A stretch of 64,000 nucleotides of DNA from positions 288,001-352,000 of the forward strand of contig CBDEFO010000007.1 in NCBI GenBank assembly GCA_965237525.1. Direction: 5' to 3'. Below the pieces are notes generated by a model that saw only the letters and a program-made list of their open reading frames with translations, searched no databases and had not been told where the DNA came from. The DNA comes from Candidatus Latescibacterota bacterium. GTDB lineage: Bacteria; Latescibacterota; CBDEFO01. Made by a program: the position numbers and the translations under genes. Numbering within the stretch: the first letter of the stretch is position 1; each line of letters opens with the position of its first letter. Positions 43,088 through 53,760 of the stretch are shown here, piece by piece.

Positions 43088-43771
43088 ATGGATGCAAGGA
43101 AAGAAACTTACGGTGTTTTGAACTTGGCCAAGAGATTCATAGGTCAGAAGATCGAAATGGGCGAGGATGAGTTTGTTTTCAAAGAAAAGATTTGGAGCGA
43201 CCCGGTGTCCAACAAGAAGCTGTTGCACGATTTTTACTTAGAGATCAAGGACTGCCAAAAGTGCAGGTTGGGGGCGACAAGGACTAATTTTGTCTTCGGT
43301 GTCGGGGATCCAGAGGCGGATATTCTGTTTATCGGGGAAGCACCGGGGAGGGATGAGGATTTGCAGGGCGAGCCGTTCGTGGGGAGGGCAGGACAGCTTT
43401 TGACAAAGATAATCGAATCGCTTAAGTTGAAAAGGGAAGATGTGTATATAGCTAATATGTTGAAGTGCCGACCTCCGAACAATAGAGATCCCCAGACGGA
43501 CGAGATAGAGATGTGCAGGTCCTACTTGGACAGACAGATAGAGATCATCCAGCCTAACGTAATCTGTGCTTTGGGGAGGATAGCTGCTCAGGCCCTTTTG
43601 AGTACTTCCATGAGTCTTACGGCTTTAAGGGGTAAGATGCACCATTACAAAGGAGCGAAGGTGATTGTAACCTATCATCCTGCTGCGCTTCTGAGGAACC
43701 CTCAGTGGAAAAAACCCACGTGGGAGGATATGAAGATGTTGAGGAGGGAATACGACGGAGTGGAGCTATAA
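43088..43771 (+). CDS. Family 4 uracil-DNA glycosylase
   Basis: [26 protein letters not shown]; the longer ORF from 42968 is repeat-derived upstream of 43088. Confidence 0.9.
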   Translation: MDARKETYGVLNLAKRFIGQKIEMGEDEFVFKEKIWSDPVSNKKLLHDFYLEIKDCQKCRLGATRTNFVFGVGDPEADILFIGEAPGRDEDLQGEPFVGRAGQLLTKIIESLKLKREDVYIANMLKCRPPNNRDPQTDEIEMCRSYLDRQIEIIQPNVICALGRIAAQALLSTSMSLTALRGKMHHYKGAKVIVTYHPAALLRNPQWKKPTWEDMKMLRREYDGVEL

Positions 43772-43977
43772 AATAGTAGACAGCAAACAGTAGATAGGGG
43801 CACCGCCTCCCCTACCTTGAGTCCCCGATTGAAACCTATCGTGGATCAGGATTTAGCACATTTTCCCCAACTCAGAGAGAAATTGTCGTCCCAGTTCTAC
43901 AGAAGTCTCTAGCTCACAGAGGTTCCGAAAACCTGTATGATCTTAAACTGAAAATTCCGAAGAGCGGGAAGGACAGT

Positions 43978-45378
43978 ATGGCTGAAGTTTCATATGAAAG
44001 GGTAATGCCTCAGGCTGTGGATGTAGAGACTGCGGTGTTAGGGGCGATGCTGATCGATAAAGGGGCGATTGCGAAGGTTATTGAGATTCTGGCTGAAGAC
44101 TCCTTCTACAGGGACGCTCACAGGAAGATATATTCTACGCTGGTATCTCTCTTTGAAAGGGATGAAGAGGCAGATCAGATCACGGTCTCCGAGGAGTTGA
44201 GAAGAAGGGGTCAGCTTGAGGAGGTAGGAGGAGCGTATTATCTCGCGACACTGGCGGGAGATGTGGCGACTTCAGCCAACGTTGAATATCACGCTAAGAT
44301 CGTTTTAAACAAAGCCTTATTAAGAAAGCTTATAACCTTTTCGACCCAGATAACCAGTGAGTCTTATGAGGATGGGGGGGATGTGCGCGAATTGATCGAC
44401 AGGGCTGAGGAGAGGATATTCAGTCTGTCGGAAAAATTGATGAATCTCCGAACAGGATTCACAGCAATAGAGAACATTCTGCACGAGGAGTTTGATGAGC
44501 TTGAGAAGGCGCATAAAAGGACAGATTATCTGCCGGGATTGCGGTCAGGCTACCGTGAGCTTGACGATATGACGGCTGGGTTTCAAAGGGGAGATCTTAT
44601 TATTGTAGCGGGCCGCCCCTCTATGGGTAAGACCGCCCTCGGGCTCTGTGTGGCTCGAAATGTAGCTGTGGACAGGCAAGTAGGTGTCGGGATATTCAGC
44701 CTTGAGATGTCCGGGAGCCAGTTGGTTCAAAGGCTTATGTGTGCCGAGGCGAGTGTAGATTCACAAAAGCTGAGGACGGGGGGATTGAGGGATGATGAAT
44801 GGAATCGCTTGGCTAGAAATGTGGGTAAGCTTGCCGAGGCTCCTCTTTATATAGATGATACTCCTTCGATCAATGTCTTAGCGATGAAGGCAAAGACACG
44901 GAGGCTACTATCTGAGCACAGTGTCGGTTTAGTCATAGTGGATTATCTCCAGTTAATGTCATTTCACATGAGATCCGAGAACAGGCAGCAGGAGATTTCT
45001 TATATATCCAGGTCTTTAAAGTCTATGGCAAAAGAGCTGCGCATTCCTGTAATAGCTATATCACAGCTTTCACGGGCGGTGGAGCTGAGGGGGGGGGACA
45101 GGAGACCGCAGCTGTCGGATTTAAGAGAAAGCGGCGCTATCGAGCAGGACGCAGATGTGGTGATGTTCGTCTATCACCCGTCGATGTATGACGAGAAGGA
45201 TGAAGAGGGGAATCCGATAGAAGAAGGCGTGGCGGAGATTATTATCCGCAAGCAGAGGAACGGTCCCACAGGGACAGTGAAGCTCTCATGGGTGGATAAA
45301 TATGCGGCGTTCCGGGAATTGGAAACTGACAGGCAGGAGAGTGATATGCCCGACTGGGAGGTTGAAAGTGTTGACTAA
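43978..45378 (+). CDS. dnaB: Replicative DNA helicase
   Basis: GRPSMGKT, FSLEM, DYLQL, SQLSR, LRESGAIEQDAD, KQRNGP; no intein. Confidence 0.98.
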   Translation: MAEVSYERVMPQAVDVETAVLGAMLIDKGAIAKVIEILAEDSFYRDAHRKIYSTLVSLFERDEEADQITVSEELRRRGQLEEVGGAYYLATLAGDVATSANVEYHAKIVLNKALLRKLITFSTQITSESYEDGGDVRELIDRAEERIFSLSEKLMNLRTGFTAIENILHEEFDELEKAHKRTDYLPGLRSGYRELDDMTAGFQRGDLIIVAGRPSMGKTALGLCVARNVAVDRQVGVGIFSLEMSGSQLVQRLMCAEASVDSQKLRTGGLRDDEWNRLARNVGKLAEAPLYIDDTPSINVLAMKAKTRRLLSEHSVGLVIVDYLQLMSFHMRSENRQQEISYISRSLKSMAKELRIPVIAISQLSRAVELRGGDRRPQLSDLRESGAIEQDADVVMFVYHPSMYDEKDEEGNPIEEGVAEIIIRKQRNGPTGTVKLSWVDKYAAFRELETDRQESDMPDWEVESVD

Positions 45379-46756
45379 AGCAGGGTTCATCTTCAAGATC
45401 ACTTTAGTGATAATGAGCGTCTTTCTTTGGAACTTAAAGGGGATTTGTCAGCCTCTGGATAGAGGGAAAACGGAGGCGGGTATATCGCTTGGGAGTGTGG
45501 CAGTGGACGACGAGCAGTGGTTCAGGTTTAACCTAAGACCGGAGTTTTCTTACAAGAAGTTTGGGATAGGACTCGATTTGGAACTCTTTATGGATAGCGA
45601 CGGGGATTTTTCAGATAAGTCGTGGGACTTTGAATCTGGGTCGAAATCGCTCAATAGCGTTCTGAGAAAGATATATTACATCAGATACGGCGATCCGGGC
45701 GAGAGAGTTCACATAAGACTGGGCGCACTGGAAGACGTGTCTTTAGGATATGGGTTCATAATGGAGGGTTACAGGAACACCTTGAGGTATCCAGGCGTCA
45801 AGAAGACGGGGATCCAGTTGGAGTTGAGGGGGCTATCAAGTTCCCAATTCGGACTAGAGTTTGTGTTGAACGATTTTCAGGATTTGGATCGAAAGGGGGG
45901 GCTTCTGGGAGGTCGCGTGGCGGTCAAGCCGTCAATTGGGGATTTAGAGGCGGGCTTTACGTTTGTTATGGATATAAATCAATACGGTGGATTGGGTCTT
46001 TCAGACGGATCTTTCCCGGCGGATACTCTCTCTGCAGATGCTTTCGGGATGTGGGGGATAGACTTAGGTTATCCTTTAGTTGAGCGCAAAAATCTGAATT
46101 TGGCAGTCTACGGTCAGTATGCGCGAAACGTGGACGATGTAGATGAAAACGGAGATACTATAGATACTAAAATGGATACTATAGATACTATAGGATGGGG
46201 TTGGGGGGCACCGGGGATCAGGTTGAAGGCCGGTCCCCTGCTTGCAAAGGTGGAATACAGGCACATTGAGAACAGATTTGAACCTGAGTATTTCAACAGT
46301 CTCTATGAGATCGAAAGGGCAGTTGCAGGCGCGCAGGGTGTGTTTACGAAGGAGGATTCACTCCGAAGTGCGGATCTGGACGGCGTATTTGGAAAGATAA
46401 GCTCAAACTTTTCCGATGTTTTTGGACTGTCTGTAAGTTATCAGAACTTGACAGGAGAAGAGGACGCAGGCGATCAGAGGTTTTTGGCTAGCGCATATGT
46501 CCTGCCTGAGATGTTAGCCCAGATTCCGAGGCTCAACAGAGCACAGGTCTATTATGAAAAGTATAACATAGATACGGATGAAGCTGGGTTTTTGGAAAGG
46601 ACTCCCGATACGCTCTTCGGGTACTTGGTAGGCTTCGACATCGTTGACGGTCTGGGCGTTTTAGTGGACGCAAAATTCTTGCATTCCCTGGATGAGGAGG
46701 GAAAGATCGAAACTGAGGAAGTGTTGAACTTTCAAGCTCACTGGAACTTATTTTAA
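45368..46756 (+). CDS. Putative outer-membrane beta-barrel protein
   Basis: Signal peptide after GTG 45368, amphipathic strands, C-terminal Phe; short GATACTATA repeat near 46151-46195. Confidence 0.6.
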   Translation: MLTKAGFIFKITLVIMSVFLWNLKGICQPLDRGKTEAGISLGSVAVDDEQWFRFNLRPEFSYKKFGIGLDLELFMDSDGDFSDKSWDFESGSKSLNSVLRKIYYIRYGDPGERVHIRLGALEDVSLGYGFIMEGYRNTLRYPGVKKTGIQLELRGLSSSQFGLEFVLNDFQDLDRKGGLLGGRVAVKPSIGDLEAGFTFVMDINQYGGLGLSDGSFPADTLSADAFGMWGIDLGYPLVERKNLNLAVYGQYARNVDDVDENGDTIDTKMDTIDTIGWGWGAPGIRLKAGPLLAKVEYRHIENRFEPEYFNSLYEIERAVAGAQGVFTKEDSLRSADLDGVFGKISSNFSDVFGLSVSYQNLTGEEDAGDQRFLASAYVLPEMLAQIPRLNRAQVYYEKYNIDTDEAGFLERTPDTLFGYLVGFDIVDGLGVLVDAKFLHSLDEEGKIETEEVLNFQAHWNLF

Positions 46757-46964
46757 AGACATTTGTGGGCGCGAACCGGTGTTGAAGTAGTGAGGAGATG
46801 GTGGGACAAGCCATCCCCGATAGATTCAATCGGGGAAGTGGTTAGCCCATTTATCCCTATCTTCAGGGCAGACCCGTGGGTCTGCCCCTGCTAATTTTAG
46901 GCCGATCTGAGCATAAGAGCCGGAAGTAGGATAGTGGACGTTGCAGCTCTTGCTTACAAAGAAT

Positions 46965-47301
46965 TTAAAACGATCTTCCAAGGTAGGACGAATGAAGGGT
47001 ATGGGCGATTATAAGCATGACTACGATTGTGGTTTTGAGGGCCAAAAGATACCGACATGTTGGGTTGTAGTGAGAGGTAGTTACTATTCCTCGAATGAAG
47101 GCGCTGAATAGTCCTGTACATATGAGTATCTATATGGCTATCCATCCGAATCTTCTGAAGCGTTGTGTAATGTCATGAAGTGCGCGGTCATTCTGAGGAT
47201 TGGATGAGATCTTCTTTGAGGTCGGTGTGATCCGGCAAAGAGGAAGATGGTTCGTCCTGTCCAGAAGAGGACGGATAAGAGATGACTGAAAGTTTGAACA
47301 T
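46965..47301 (-). pseudogene. Degraded CopD/DUF4149-like membrane protein gene
   Basis: Stitched across two frameshifts and a TAG: MFKLS/HLLSVLFWTGRTIFLFA/ITPT...ALHDITQRFRRFGWIAI*ILICTGLF...LLALKTTIVVMLIIAHTLHSSYLG. Confidence 0.5.
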
Positions 47302-47447
47302 CCCGAATCTGAGCAAATCTCTCTCCGAATAAGTAGACAGCTTACGAATAAGTAGACAGCTTACGGGAATAGATTGCTTCGCAGATCCTTTGCTTTGCTC
47401 TGTGCTAAAGGCTCTGCGCTTTCCCGCTAGATCAAGAGCAGGTCTGT

Positions 47448-47807
47448 CTACTGCCTTAAGTATCTTCTTAGCATATCCATCAGTTTTGAGTTTCCAAGAC
47501 TTTCGGCTATCTCGGCGTGCTTCCAGGCCAGGTCGTATTGTTCCTGGATGGCGTAGATTTCACCGAGGTTCTTGTGAGCTTTGGCATTTTTGGGATCGAT
47601 TTGAATAGCTTTCTTGTAGGACTCTATGGCCTCCTGAACTTTGCCCTGGCTGTAGTGGAGAATACCCAGGTTGTAGTGTCCCTCGGAAAATTCTGGGTAT
47701 GATTCGCCCACTTTTTTCTGCGCTTCTACAGCGTCGCTTACATCTTTGTCAAGCGCGAACTCAGAAAGCCACCGGAAGACACCCTTTTTTCTATGTGATC
47801 TATCCAC
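47448..47807 (-). CDS. Small TPR protein
   Basis: GHYNLG...EAIESYKKAIQIDP, AHKNLGEIY. Confidence 0.85.
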   Translation of the reverse strand: MDRSHRKKGVFRWLSEFALDKDVSDAVEAQKKVGESYPEFSEGHYNLGILHYSQGKVQEAIESYKKAIQIDPKNAKAHKNLGEIYAIQEQYDLAWKHAEIAESLGNSKLMDMLRRYLRQ

Positions 47808-48447
47808 TATATTCCTGGCCTCTTACTCCAAGGTTCAGGTCTCTGTGAAATATATCACGGGATTCAACAAAGAACCTGAAGTATTTTGCAGTCTCTTTCT
47901 GAATTGGATCTGAATTGATCTGAATTAATTCATCCTGAAATGGGTCCTGAAGTTTTAGATCGTCCGGAGTTCTCCTCTCTAAAGTGGAGGCGACAGAGGA
48001 AGACGCTCTCTGTTCTCGGTTGATTGCAGCCATCATTTCCTCTATATAACCTTCGAGTCTGATAACTTCTTCAGCCTTGAATTCTACAATTTCGTCAGCG
48101 TATCTGTTTAACTTTTCCAAAATCGCGTATAGTCGGTCGCAGGTGTGCTTGTATTCTTCGAAAAGCGGCACGTAGGCTCCGAAGTGCTCTTCTTCATATT
48201 GGTCTACTGTTATTTTGTCCCGGAATCTGTCGTTGAAGTGCTTCCAGCGGTCGAGGACTATGGGGGCTCTGTTTCGCGCTCTGTCAAGAGTTGATTCCCA
48301 GCCGAAGGCGCTCGCTCTGTCCACCTTTTCAAGTCGCTTGGCGAAGTCTCTTACCGTGTAGAGTTCCATAATAAATACATTTACGAAGGCATGCATACAG
48401 CCTAAATATTCTGTAAGGGATATTTTATGCTCTTGCCCTATGTCCAA
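47800..48447 (-). CDS. Hypothetical helical protein
   Basis: 215-aa ORF with GGAGG RBS, overlapping the TPR gene start. Confidence 0.7.
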   Translation of the reverse strand: MDIGQEHKISLTEYLGCMHAFVNVFIMELYTVRDFAKRLEKVDRASAFGWESTLDRARNRAPIVLDRWKHFNDRFRDKITVDQYEEEHFGAYVPLFEEYKHTCDRLYAILEKLNRYADEIVEFKAEEVIRLEGYIEEMMAAINREQRASSSVASTLERRTPDDLKLQDPFQDELIQINSDPIQKETAKYFRFFVESRDIFHRDLNLGVRGQEYSG

Positions 48448-48460
48448 AGTATTCCTCCGT

Positions 48461-49117
48461 TTAGAGTTCCCTGGGTTTGGAAAGACTCAATTTTAGCATC
48501 TCATCGTAGTCGAATAGGATAGCCTCAGCGATGGTCGTCACTTTGTTCGCGGGATTTAAAGCCTCGTTGACGCTTGTCTTGAGCTCCATCCAGTGTTCCC
48601 ATATTTCGGTCTGTCTTTCTATAAGTTCTTGGTCTTTGATCTCCCGTCCTGGTTCAAAGTTGAGTTCGCAGGCGTAGAGTCGTTCTGGGGTAGTCGGATC
48701 GTACAAGGGGATACCGTACTTGCGGCATATTAGCGGTCGTGATTCGTAGATGGAGCAGGCGTCGTTCACAAGGGCTGGGCAGGGGAGTCTGAGTCCGAGC
48801 GATGAGATCTCTTCACCGTTGTCTACAAGAAGCGCGCCGGATTCTTCGGCTCTTTGACGGATTAGGTCTTTTTTTTCACGCAGATAGATAGTTGCTCTTT
48901 CTTGCATCTTGTTGCGGGCAGAAGTATCTAATCTTTTGACAGCGCGCGAGACCAGGGCTGCGTCGATGAGCGTGATCCTGAACATCTGACTGCAGCAGGA
49001 TGAGCATCCTTTGCCACACAGTATCTGGTCCTGATAGATGCGAAGATTACGGTCAAACTCCTGTTCTACAAGACCTACGATGAATCTATATTTTTCAAAT
49101 ACTTCTTTTGTATTCAT
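48461..49117 (-). CDS. YkgJ-family (CxxxCxxCC) cysteine-cluster protein
   Basis: CGKGCSSCC, CPAL, CSIYESRPLICR. Confidence 0.88.
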   Translation of the reverse strand: MNTKEVFEKYRFIVGLVEQEFDRNLRIYQDQILCGKGCSSCCSQMFRITLIDAALVSRAVKRLDTSARNKMQERATIYLREKKDLIRQRAEESGALLVDNGEEISSLGLRLPCPALVNDACSIYESRPLICRKYGIPLYDPTTPERLYACELNFEPGREIKDQELIERQTEIWEHWMELKTSVNEALNPANKVTTIAEAILFDYDEMLKLSLSKPREL

Positions 49118-49278
49118 AAACTGAGTACCAAGGAAGGAATCTTCTATTTGTCAGAATTTACAATGAAAAATGCCGAAAGAACAAGCTTTCTTCCGGCACA
49201 AATTTGTAGGAGGCAGAGCCGTCTGTCTGCCTTGAGTTGCGCGGACACATGGGTACGCGCCTACTGTTTACTGCCTAT

Positions 49279-49755
49279 TTATTTTAAGGAAATATCGTGC
49301 AGTTCGCTATCCTTTTGCGGGTGATTCTGAGCTTCGGGGGTCTCGCTTCCGTCCAAAAGACCGTTCAGTGCCTCCAAAAGGGCATCTATATCGACTCCGT
49401 AGCCTTCAGCCGCGGGGCCCAGAACATGCTGTTCAGTGATGCTGCAGCTGGAACATCCGCCCAGATGAAAGTTGGACATAACTACTTCTGCGTTGGTATG
49501 GAGCCGTAAGGCTTCAGCGACGGTCATGTCTTTGTGAAATATGGCATCTCCGTTGAGCTTTCTGAACTCCTTCTTTATCATACTGCCCATCTGTTGCTTC
49601 ATATCTTCGCTGGAGACATTTACGTGCCTTCGAACACCATCTATAGAATCTTTTATAAATTCCAGCTCTTCTTTCAGCTTAGACGCGCCTCTCAGATTGA
49701 TCACGTAAAGTGTAAGAAGGACTGTCAAGCCTCCGTAAAGGACTACGCTTTCCAT
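49279..49755 (-). CDS. Membrane-anchored DUF1858-like CxxC protein
   Basis: N-terminal TM segment; KDMTVAEAL...GGCSSCS...AAEGYGVDIDALLEALN. Confidence 0.65.
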   Translation of the reverse strand: MESVVLYGGLTVLLTLYVINLRGASKLKEELEFIKDSIDGVRRHVNVSSEDMKQQMGSMIKKEFRKLNGDAIFHKDMTVAEALRLHTNAEVVMSNFHLGGCSSCSITEQHVLGPAAEGYGVDIDALLEALNGLLDGSETPEAQNHPQKDSELHDISLK

Positions 49756-49811
49756 AGTTGCACCACCTTTTTAGTCTGCTAGACAGGGGGCAAGGCGCCT
49801 GTCTACTTGGT

Positions 49812-50090
49812 CTAAGGTATATATTCTGCTAATTCGCTATCAACATCCTTAGGGTCTACTTCCTCACCGTTGTTGAGCCTTTCTATTATGCGTTCTATTA
49901 TCCTTTTGGCTTCTTCCTTTTTAAACTCTTTGATAAAGCCGTTGTAGAAGTGTTCGCCGGCCATGGCTCTGTTTATCTCTGTTTCTTTATCGTGATCGTC
50001 TAACTCCGTGTAATAGACGACGTCGTATCCTCTTTCGTGATACCCTCCCTCTTTGTAGATTTCGAACATGATCCTCTCAGATTCTAGCAT
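49812..50090 (-). CDS. Small hypothetical protein
   Basis: 92-aa ORF with AAGGAG RBS, directly downstream of the PlsA-like gene. Confidence 0.75.
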   Translation of the reverse strand: MLESERIMFEIYKEGGYHERGYDVVYYTELDDHDKETEINRAMAGEHFYNGFIKEFKKEEAKRIIERIIERLNNGEEVDPKDVDSELAEYIP

Positions 50091-50153
50091 ACTTCTACTC
50101 CTTATCAGATGCCGCTCAAGTTGAAAGCCTGAGCGACATCTTTTCTACAGATA

Positions 50154-53100
50154 CTATGCGGTTACGAGTTCTCCCTCTTTTTGGGTTACCTCGACTCCAT
50201 CGAGGGTTCCCTTTTCTGTCAATTCCCGTCTGAGTCGGTCTTCGAACTCTTTCAGCCTATCCTCGATCTTTGCCGTCTTCTCTTTTTCACGGACCATGTC
50301 CTCCATGTATCTCTTGAGGAAGTAATCGATTGTCTCAACCCTGATCTTGATAGATCCTGCGGGTTTATTTTCATCGATGTCCTTAAACGAAAAAGAGGGC
50401 GTTCCGGAGTCTTCGACGATCTCTTCTACTACTGTGTAGATAGGAGCGTCGTGTCCACATTTGAAGCTGGAGAGTTCTAAAGCGACCAGGTTGGGATGTC
50501 TGGCTGTAAATTTTGCTGCCCAGACCTTGCGGCTCGTGTTCTCGCTGTAGGAGTTCTTCCAGGCGTCGGAGATGTCCAACGGATGGGATATTATGCCCTG
50601 TTCAACCTCTTCTCCGAAGAGTTCCCAAAGGATGTCATCGTCTATGGGAAGTGAGTCCTCGGCGAAGACAGGATATCCGAGCTTTTGGAACTCCTCCATT
50701 ATTTCGTGATTTATTCCTGGATCGTTGTGGTATGGACGTCCCAGCAGGACTATACCGAGCTTGTCTTCGGCTTTGAGCATATCGAGGACTTCTCTTCCTT
50801 TGCCTCTCTGAACTACATTATTGAAGTGATCTAAAGCCTTGTAGCCCTCCTCGACAGCTCTTCTGTTCTCCTCTTTGGAGAGTCCGAACTTGGGTCCGAA
50901 CTCCTCGAACATCTGCTTCTGGAAGAGCTTGGGTTCGTCTATGGTGACGAACGTATCCAGGTATTCGATTCCCATTTTTTCGAAGAGGTTGCCCTCTTTG
51001 ATGAATGCGGCTTTGACCGCCTCAGGCGTGGTTGTGACTGTGGGACACGCTCTGCTGCTCTGTACGTTGACCAGATCGGTCGGGATGGAGTCTATCATGG
51101 GGAAGAAGATGTAATCCAGCGGCTTCTTCTTGTGATGCACGTACAGGAGGTTATGGACGTGCGGTATAGCTACCTTGCTGGGGAAGCAGGGGTCTATCGA
51201 GCCACGCTTTGCTCCCTCTTTGTACAGTTCCTGTGTGGTGAAATCCGAATAGACGAGGTTCCTGGGAGGGATTCCTATCGCCTCAAAGTATGCGCTAAAG
51301 AGAGGATTCTGGGAGTACATATTCAAAAGGCGGGGTATGCCTATTCTGATCTCCTGGCGCCTTTTCATCTTCCGGAGGTTCTCTTTGGCTTTCGACGTTA
51401 TGGCGTATTTGGGGATCGGGTCTGCCACTATTTCGGGTTTGTAGCTTTTCCAGACCTCTTTTGCGGCTACCTCGACGAGGTTGGGGTTTTGGGCTTTGGC
51501 TTCATCGAGTCCCTGCTTGATTCCCCGCATGTCCTCTATATCTTCGACGAGTCCCTTTTCACAGCTATTTCCCACGATGAGTCTCTTAAAGCCGGTCTCT
51601 ATGGGTACCTTGGATTTTTTGGATCCTGCGTCTTGGACCTCTTCGTCGCTGACCTTTACGTCTATGAATGTCCTGAGGCACTTGTTCTTGCAGAAGAAAC
51701 AGCGGGTGTTCTCGTCTCTGTGGGTCTGGTAAGTGATAGCTTCGACTGCATCCAGACCGATAAATGAAGTCTCTTTTCCGTTCTCCCACAGCCTTACAGC
51801 TTCAATGGCTGAGCCTATTGCTCCGCTCTCTCCGCAGTGCTCGTGGACGATAATTCTGGCTTTTTCCTGCTGGTCTTTGAACCTGGCCTCTATGAAGTCC
51901 ACCTGTGCCTTTACGGCAGCCAGGTTGTACTGTGTGCCGCCCTGAAGGACGAAGTTGGTTCCGAGCTTTGCCAGATTCGGTATCTGTGAGACGTAGAGCC
52001 AGATGTTTTTGGGGAGGACGTTGGCAAGCCCCGCCATTATCTCCTCGGGCTTCCAACCCTGTCTCTGGAAGTCAACTATGTCGGACTGCATGAAGACTGC
52101 GCAACCGTAGCCGAACATGGGCATAGACTCCGCGCCGAAGGCTATATCGGCAAAATCCTCGACGGTAAATCCGAAGCCTTCCGCAGTACCCTGGAGGAAA
52201 TAGCCGTTTCCTGCTGAGCACTGTGTGTTGAGCTTGAAGTCTTTGACCTGGCGGTTCTTGAGGATCATGATCTTGATGTCCTGTCCGCCTACATCGCAGA
52301 TGACGTCAACTTCATCGTAGAACCTGAGGGCGGCTTCAGTGTGTGCGACGGTTTCGACTAACGCTACGTCTGCGGCGACCGCATCTTTCAGGACGTCTTT
52401 TGCGTAACCTGTCGTGCCGACTCCCAGGACCTTTAGCGTTGCTCCCTGCTCCTCAACCTGCTCTCGTACCTTTCCTACGACCTCTATGGTGTCCTCGATG
52501 GGATTTCCCTTTGAAAGCTGGTAGGATTTGACAAGGACGTTTCTGTCCTTGTCCAAAAGGACAGCCTTTGTGGAGGTTGAGCCGCCGTCGATTCCGATGC
52601 AGCCTTCGACGACCTGTCCGGGGGAGAAGGTGGCAGGGATGAACTTTTTCGTCTTATATTTTTCCATGAAAGCCTCAAGTTCATCGGCAGTTTCGCTGAG
52701 TCCCTTTCCTCCCGCCTTCTGCTTCTCCTCAAGACGACCGACGTTCATGTAGTGCTCTAAGTCAGCTGTGCCTTTATAGACGCCTATTTCTGGTTCCTCC
52801 CCTTTTCCGAATTCGACTGCGCCTATGGCGGCGAAGTACTGGGCGTTTTCGGGGACTTTGATGAGGTCTTGAGGGTCTACACCCTCAGGCAGGGGGTAGT
52901 TTCTCTCCTCCCAGACTTTGGGTATGTTGTACTTCCAGGCTTCGGTCATACCTCTTATGAAGGTGTTGGGTCCACCAAGGAGCAGAACTTCTGGCCTTAG
53001 TGTGTTTCCTCTCGTTAAGACGCTTAAGTTTTGTCCTATGATGGCTTCAAAGAGGGACGCCATAATTTCATCTCGGGGAACGCCCGATTTTTGATGGCTG

Positions 53101-53663
53101 TTGACGTCTGTCTCGGCAAAGACGCCGCACTTTCCTGCGACAGGGTGGAGCTTGATGTCGAAGTATCCCTGGTCGCAGAGCTCCTCCGGCGGGATGCGCA
53201 GCTTCGCATTGATCTTGTCTATTACTGCCCCGGTTCCCCCTGCGCATTTGTCGTTCATGCTGGGGATCTTCCTCTTTCTGCCGGTCTCGGGGTCCTCCTG
53301 GAAGATGATGATCTTGGCATCCTGACCTCCGAGCTCTATGACCGATCCTACCTCAGGATGGAGCTTTTCGACGGCCAGGGATACAGCGTTGACTTCCTGG
53401 ACGAACTTTCCACCTATGTAGCCCGCAACCGAGTTACCGCCGCTCCCTGTTATAAAGATTCGATAATTCTCCGTAGGGAGTCCAAACTCGCCCTCTATTC
53501 GATCTAAGAACTCCATCACCTTTTCCGGCTGTCTGGTATCGTGCCGCTGGTAGTCCTTCAAGAGGATTTCGTCTGTGTCCGGGTTGACTACGATGAATTT
53601 TACGGTGGTGGATCCTACGTCCAGTCCGATCATCAAGCTATCTATAGTATTTTCCGCGCTCAT
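50154..53663 (-). CDS. PlsA/Ger-like protein: two BadF/BcrAD acyl-CoA activase ATPase domains plus a DUF2229-type reductase domain
   Basis: GLDVGSTT...ELGGQDAK...KCAGGTG...KCGVF; GIDGGSTS...DVGGQDIK...QCSAGNG...GCAVF; CFFCKNKC; CFPSK; GRPYH; FKCGHD. Confidence 0.85.
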   Translation of the reverse strand: MSAENTIDSLMIGLDVGSTTVKFIVVNPDTDEILLKDYQRHDTRQPEKVMEFLDRIEGEFGLPTENYRIFITGSGGNSVAGYIGGKFVQEVNAVSLAVEKLHPEVGSVIELGGQDAKIIIFQEDPETGRKRKIPSMNDKCAGGTGAVIDKINAKLRIPPEELCDQGYFDIKLHPVAGKCGVFAETDVNSHQKSGVPRDEIMASLFEAIIGQNLSVLTRGNTLRPEVLLLGGPNTFIRGMTEAWKYNIPKVWEERNYPLPEGVDPQDLIKVPENAQYFAAIGAVEFGKGEEPEIGVYKGTADLEHYMNVGRLEEKQKAGGKGLSETADELEAFMEKYKTKKFIPATFSPGQVVEGCIGIDGGSTSTKAVLLDKDRNVLVKSYQLSKGNPIEDTIEVVGKVREQVEEQGATLKVLGVGTTGYAKDVLKDAVAADVALVETVAHTEAALRFYDEVDVICDVGGQDIKIMILKNRQVKDFKLNTQCSAGNGYFLQGTAEGFGFTVEDFADIAFGAESMPMFGYGCAVFMQSDIVDFQRQGWKPEEIMAGLANVLPKNIWLYVSQIPNLAKLGTNFVLQGGTQYNLAAVKAQVDFIEARFKDQQEKARIIVHEHCGESGAIGSAIEAVRLWENGKETSFIGLDAVEAITYQTHRDENTRCFFCKNKCLRTFIDVKVSDEEVQDAGSKKSKVPIETGFKRLIVGNSCEKGLVEDIEDMRGIKQGLDEAKAQNPNLVEVAAKEVWKSYKPEIVADPIPKYAITSKAKENLRKMKRRQEIRIGIPRLLNMYSQNPLFSAYFEAIGIPPRNLVYSDFTTQELYKEGAKRGSIDPCFPSKVAIPHVHNLLYVHHKKKPLDYIFFPMIDSIPTDLVNVQSSRACPTVTTTPEAVKAAFIKEGNLFEKMGIEYLDTFVTIDEPKLFQKQMFEEFGPKFGLSKEENRRAVEEGYKALDHFNNVVQRGKGREVLDMLKAEDKLGIVLLGRPYHNDPGINHEIMEEFQKLGYPVFAEDSLPIDDDILWELFGEEVEQGIISHPLDISDAWKNSYSENTSRKVWAAKFTARHPNLVALELSSFKCGHDAPIYTVVEEIVEDSGTPSFSFKDIDENKPAGSIKIRVETIDYFLKRYMEDMVREKEKTAKIEDRLKEFEDRLRRELTEKGTLDGVEVTQKEGELVTA

Positions 53664-53760
53664 ATATATCCGCTCCTATGGGTATTTATAGCTAAACATA
53701 GCCAATCGTTTCAAGGAGGAGGAACCGGGGTTTTCCCCTGGCTCCTCCTGTAAGTTCTCC

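Noticed and set aside
43978..45378. Intein in DnaB
   Set aside because: Normal length (466 aa) and contiguous motifs.
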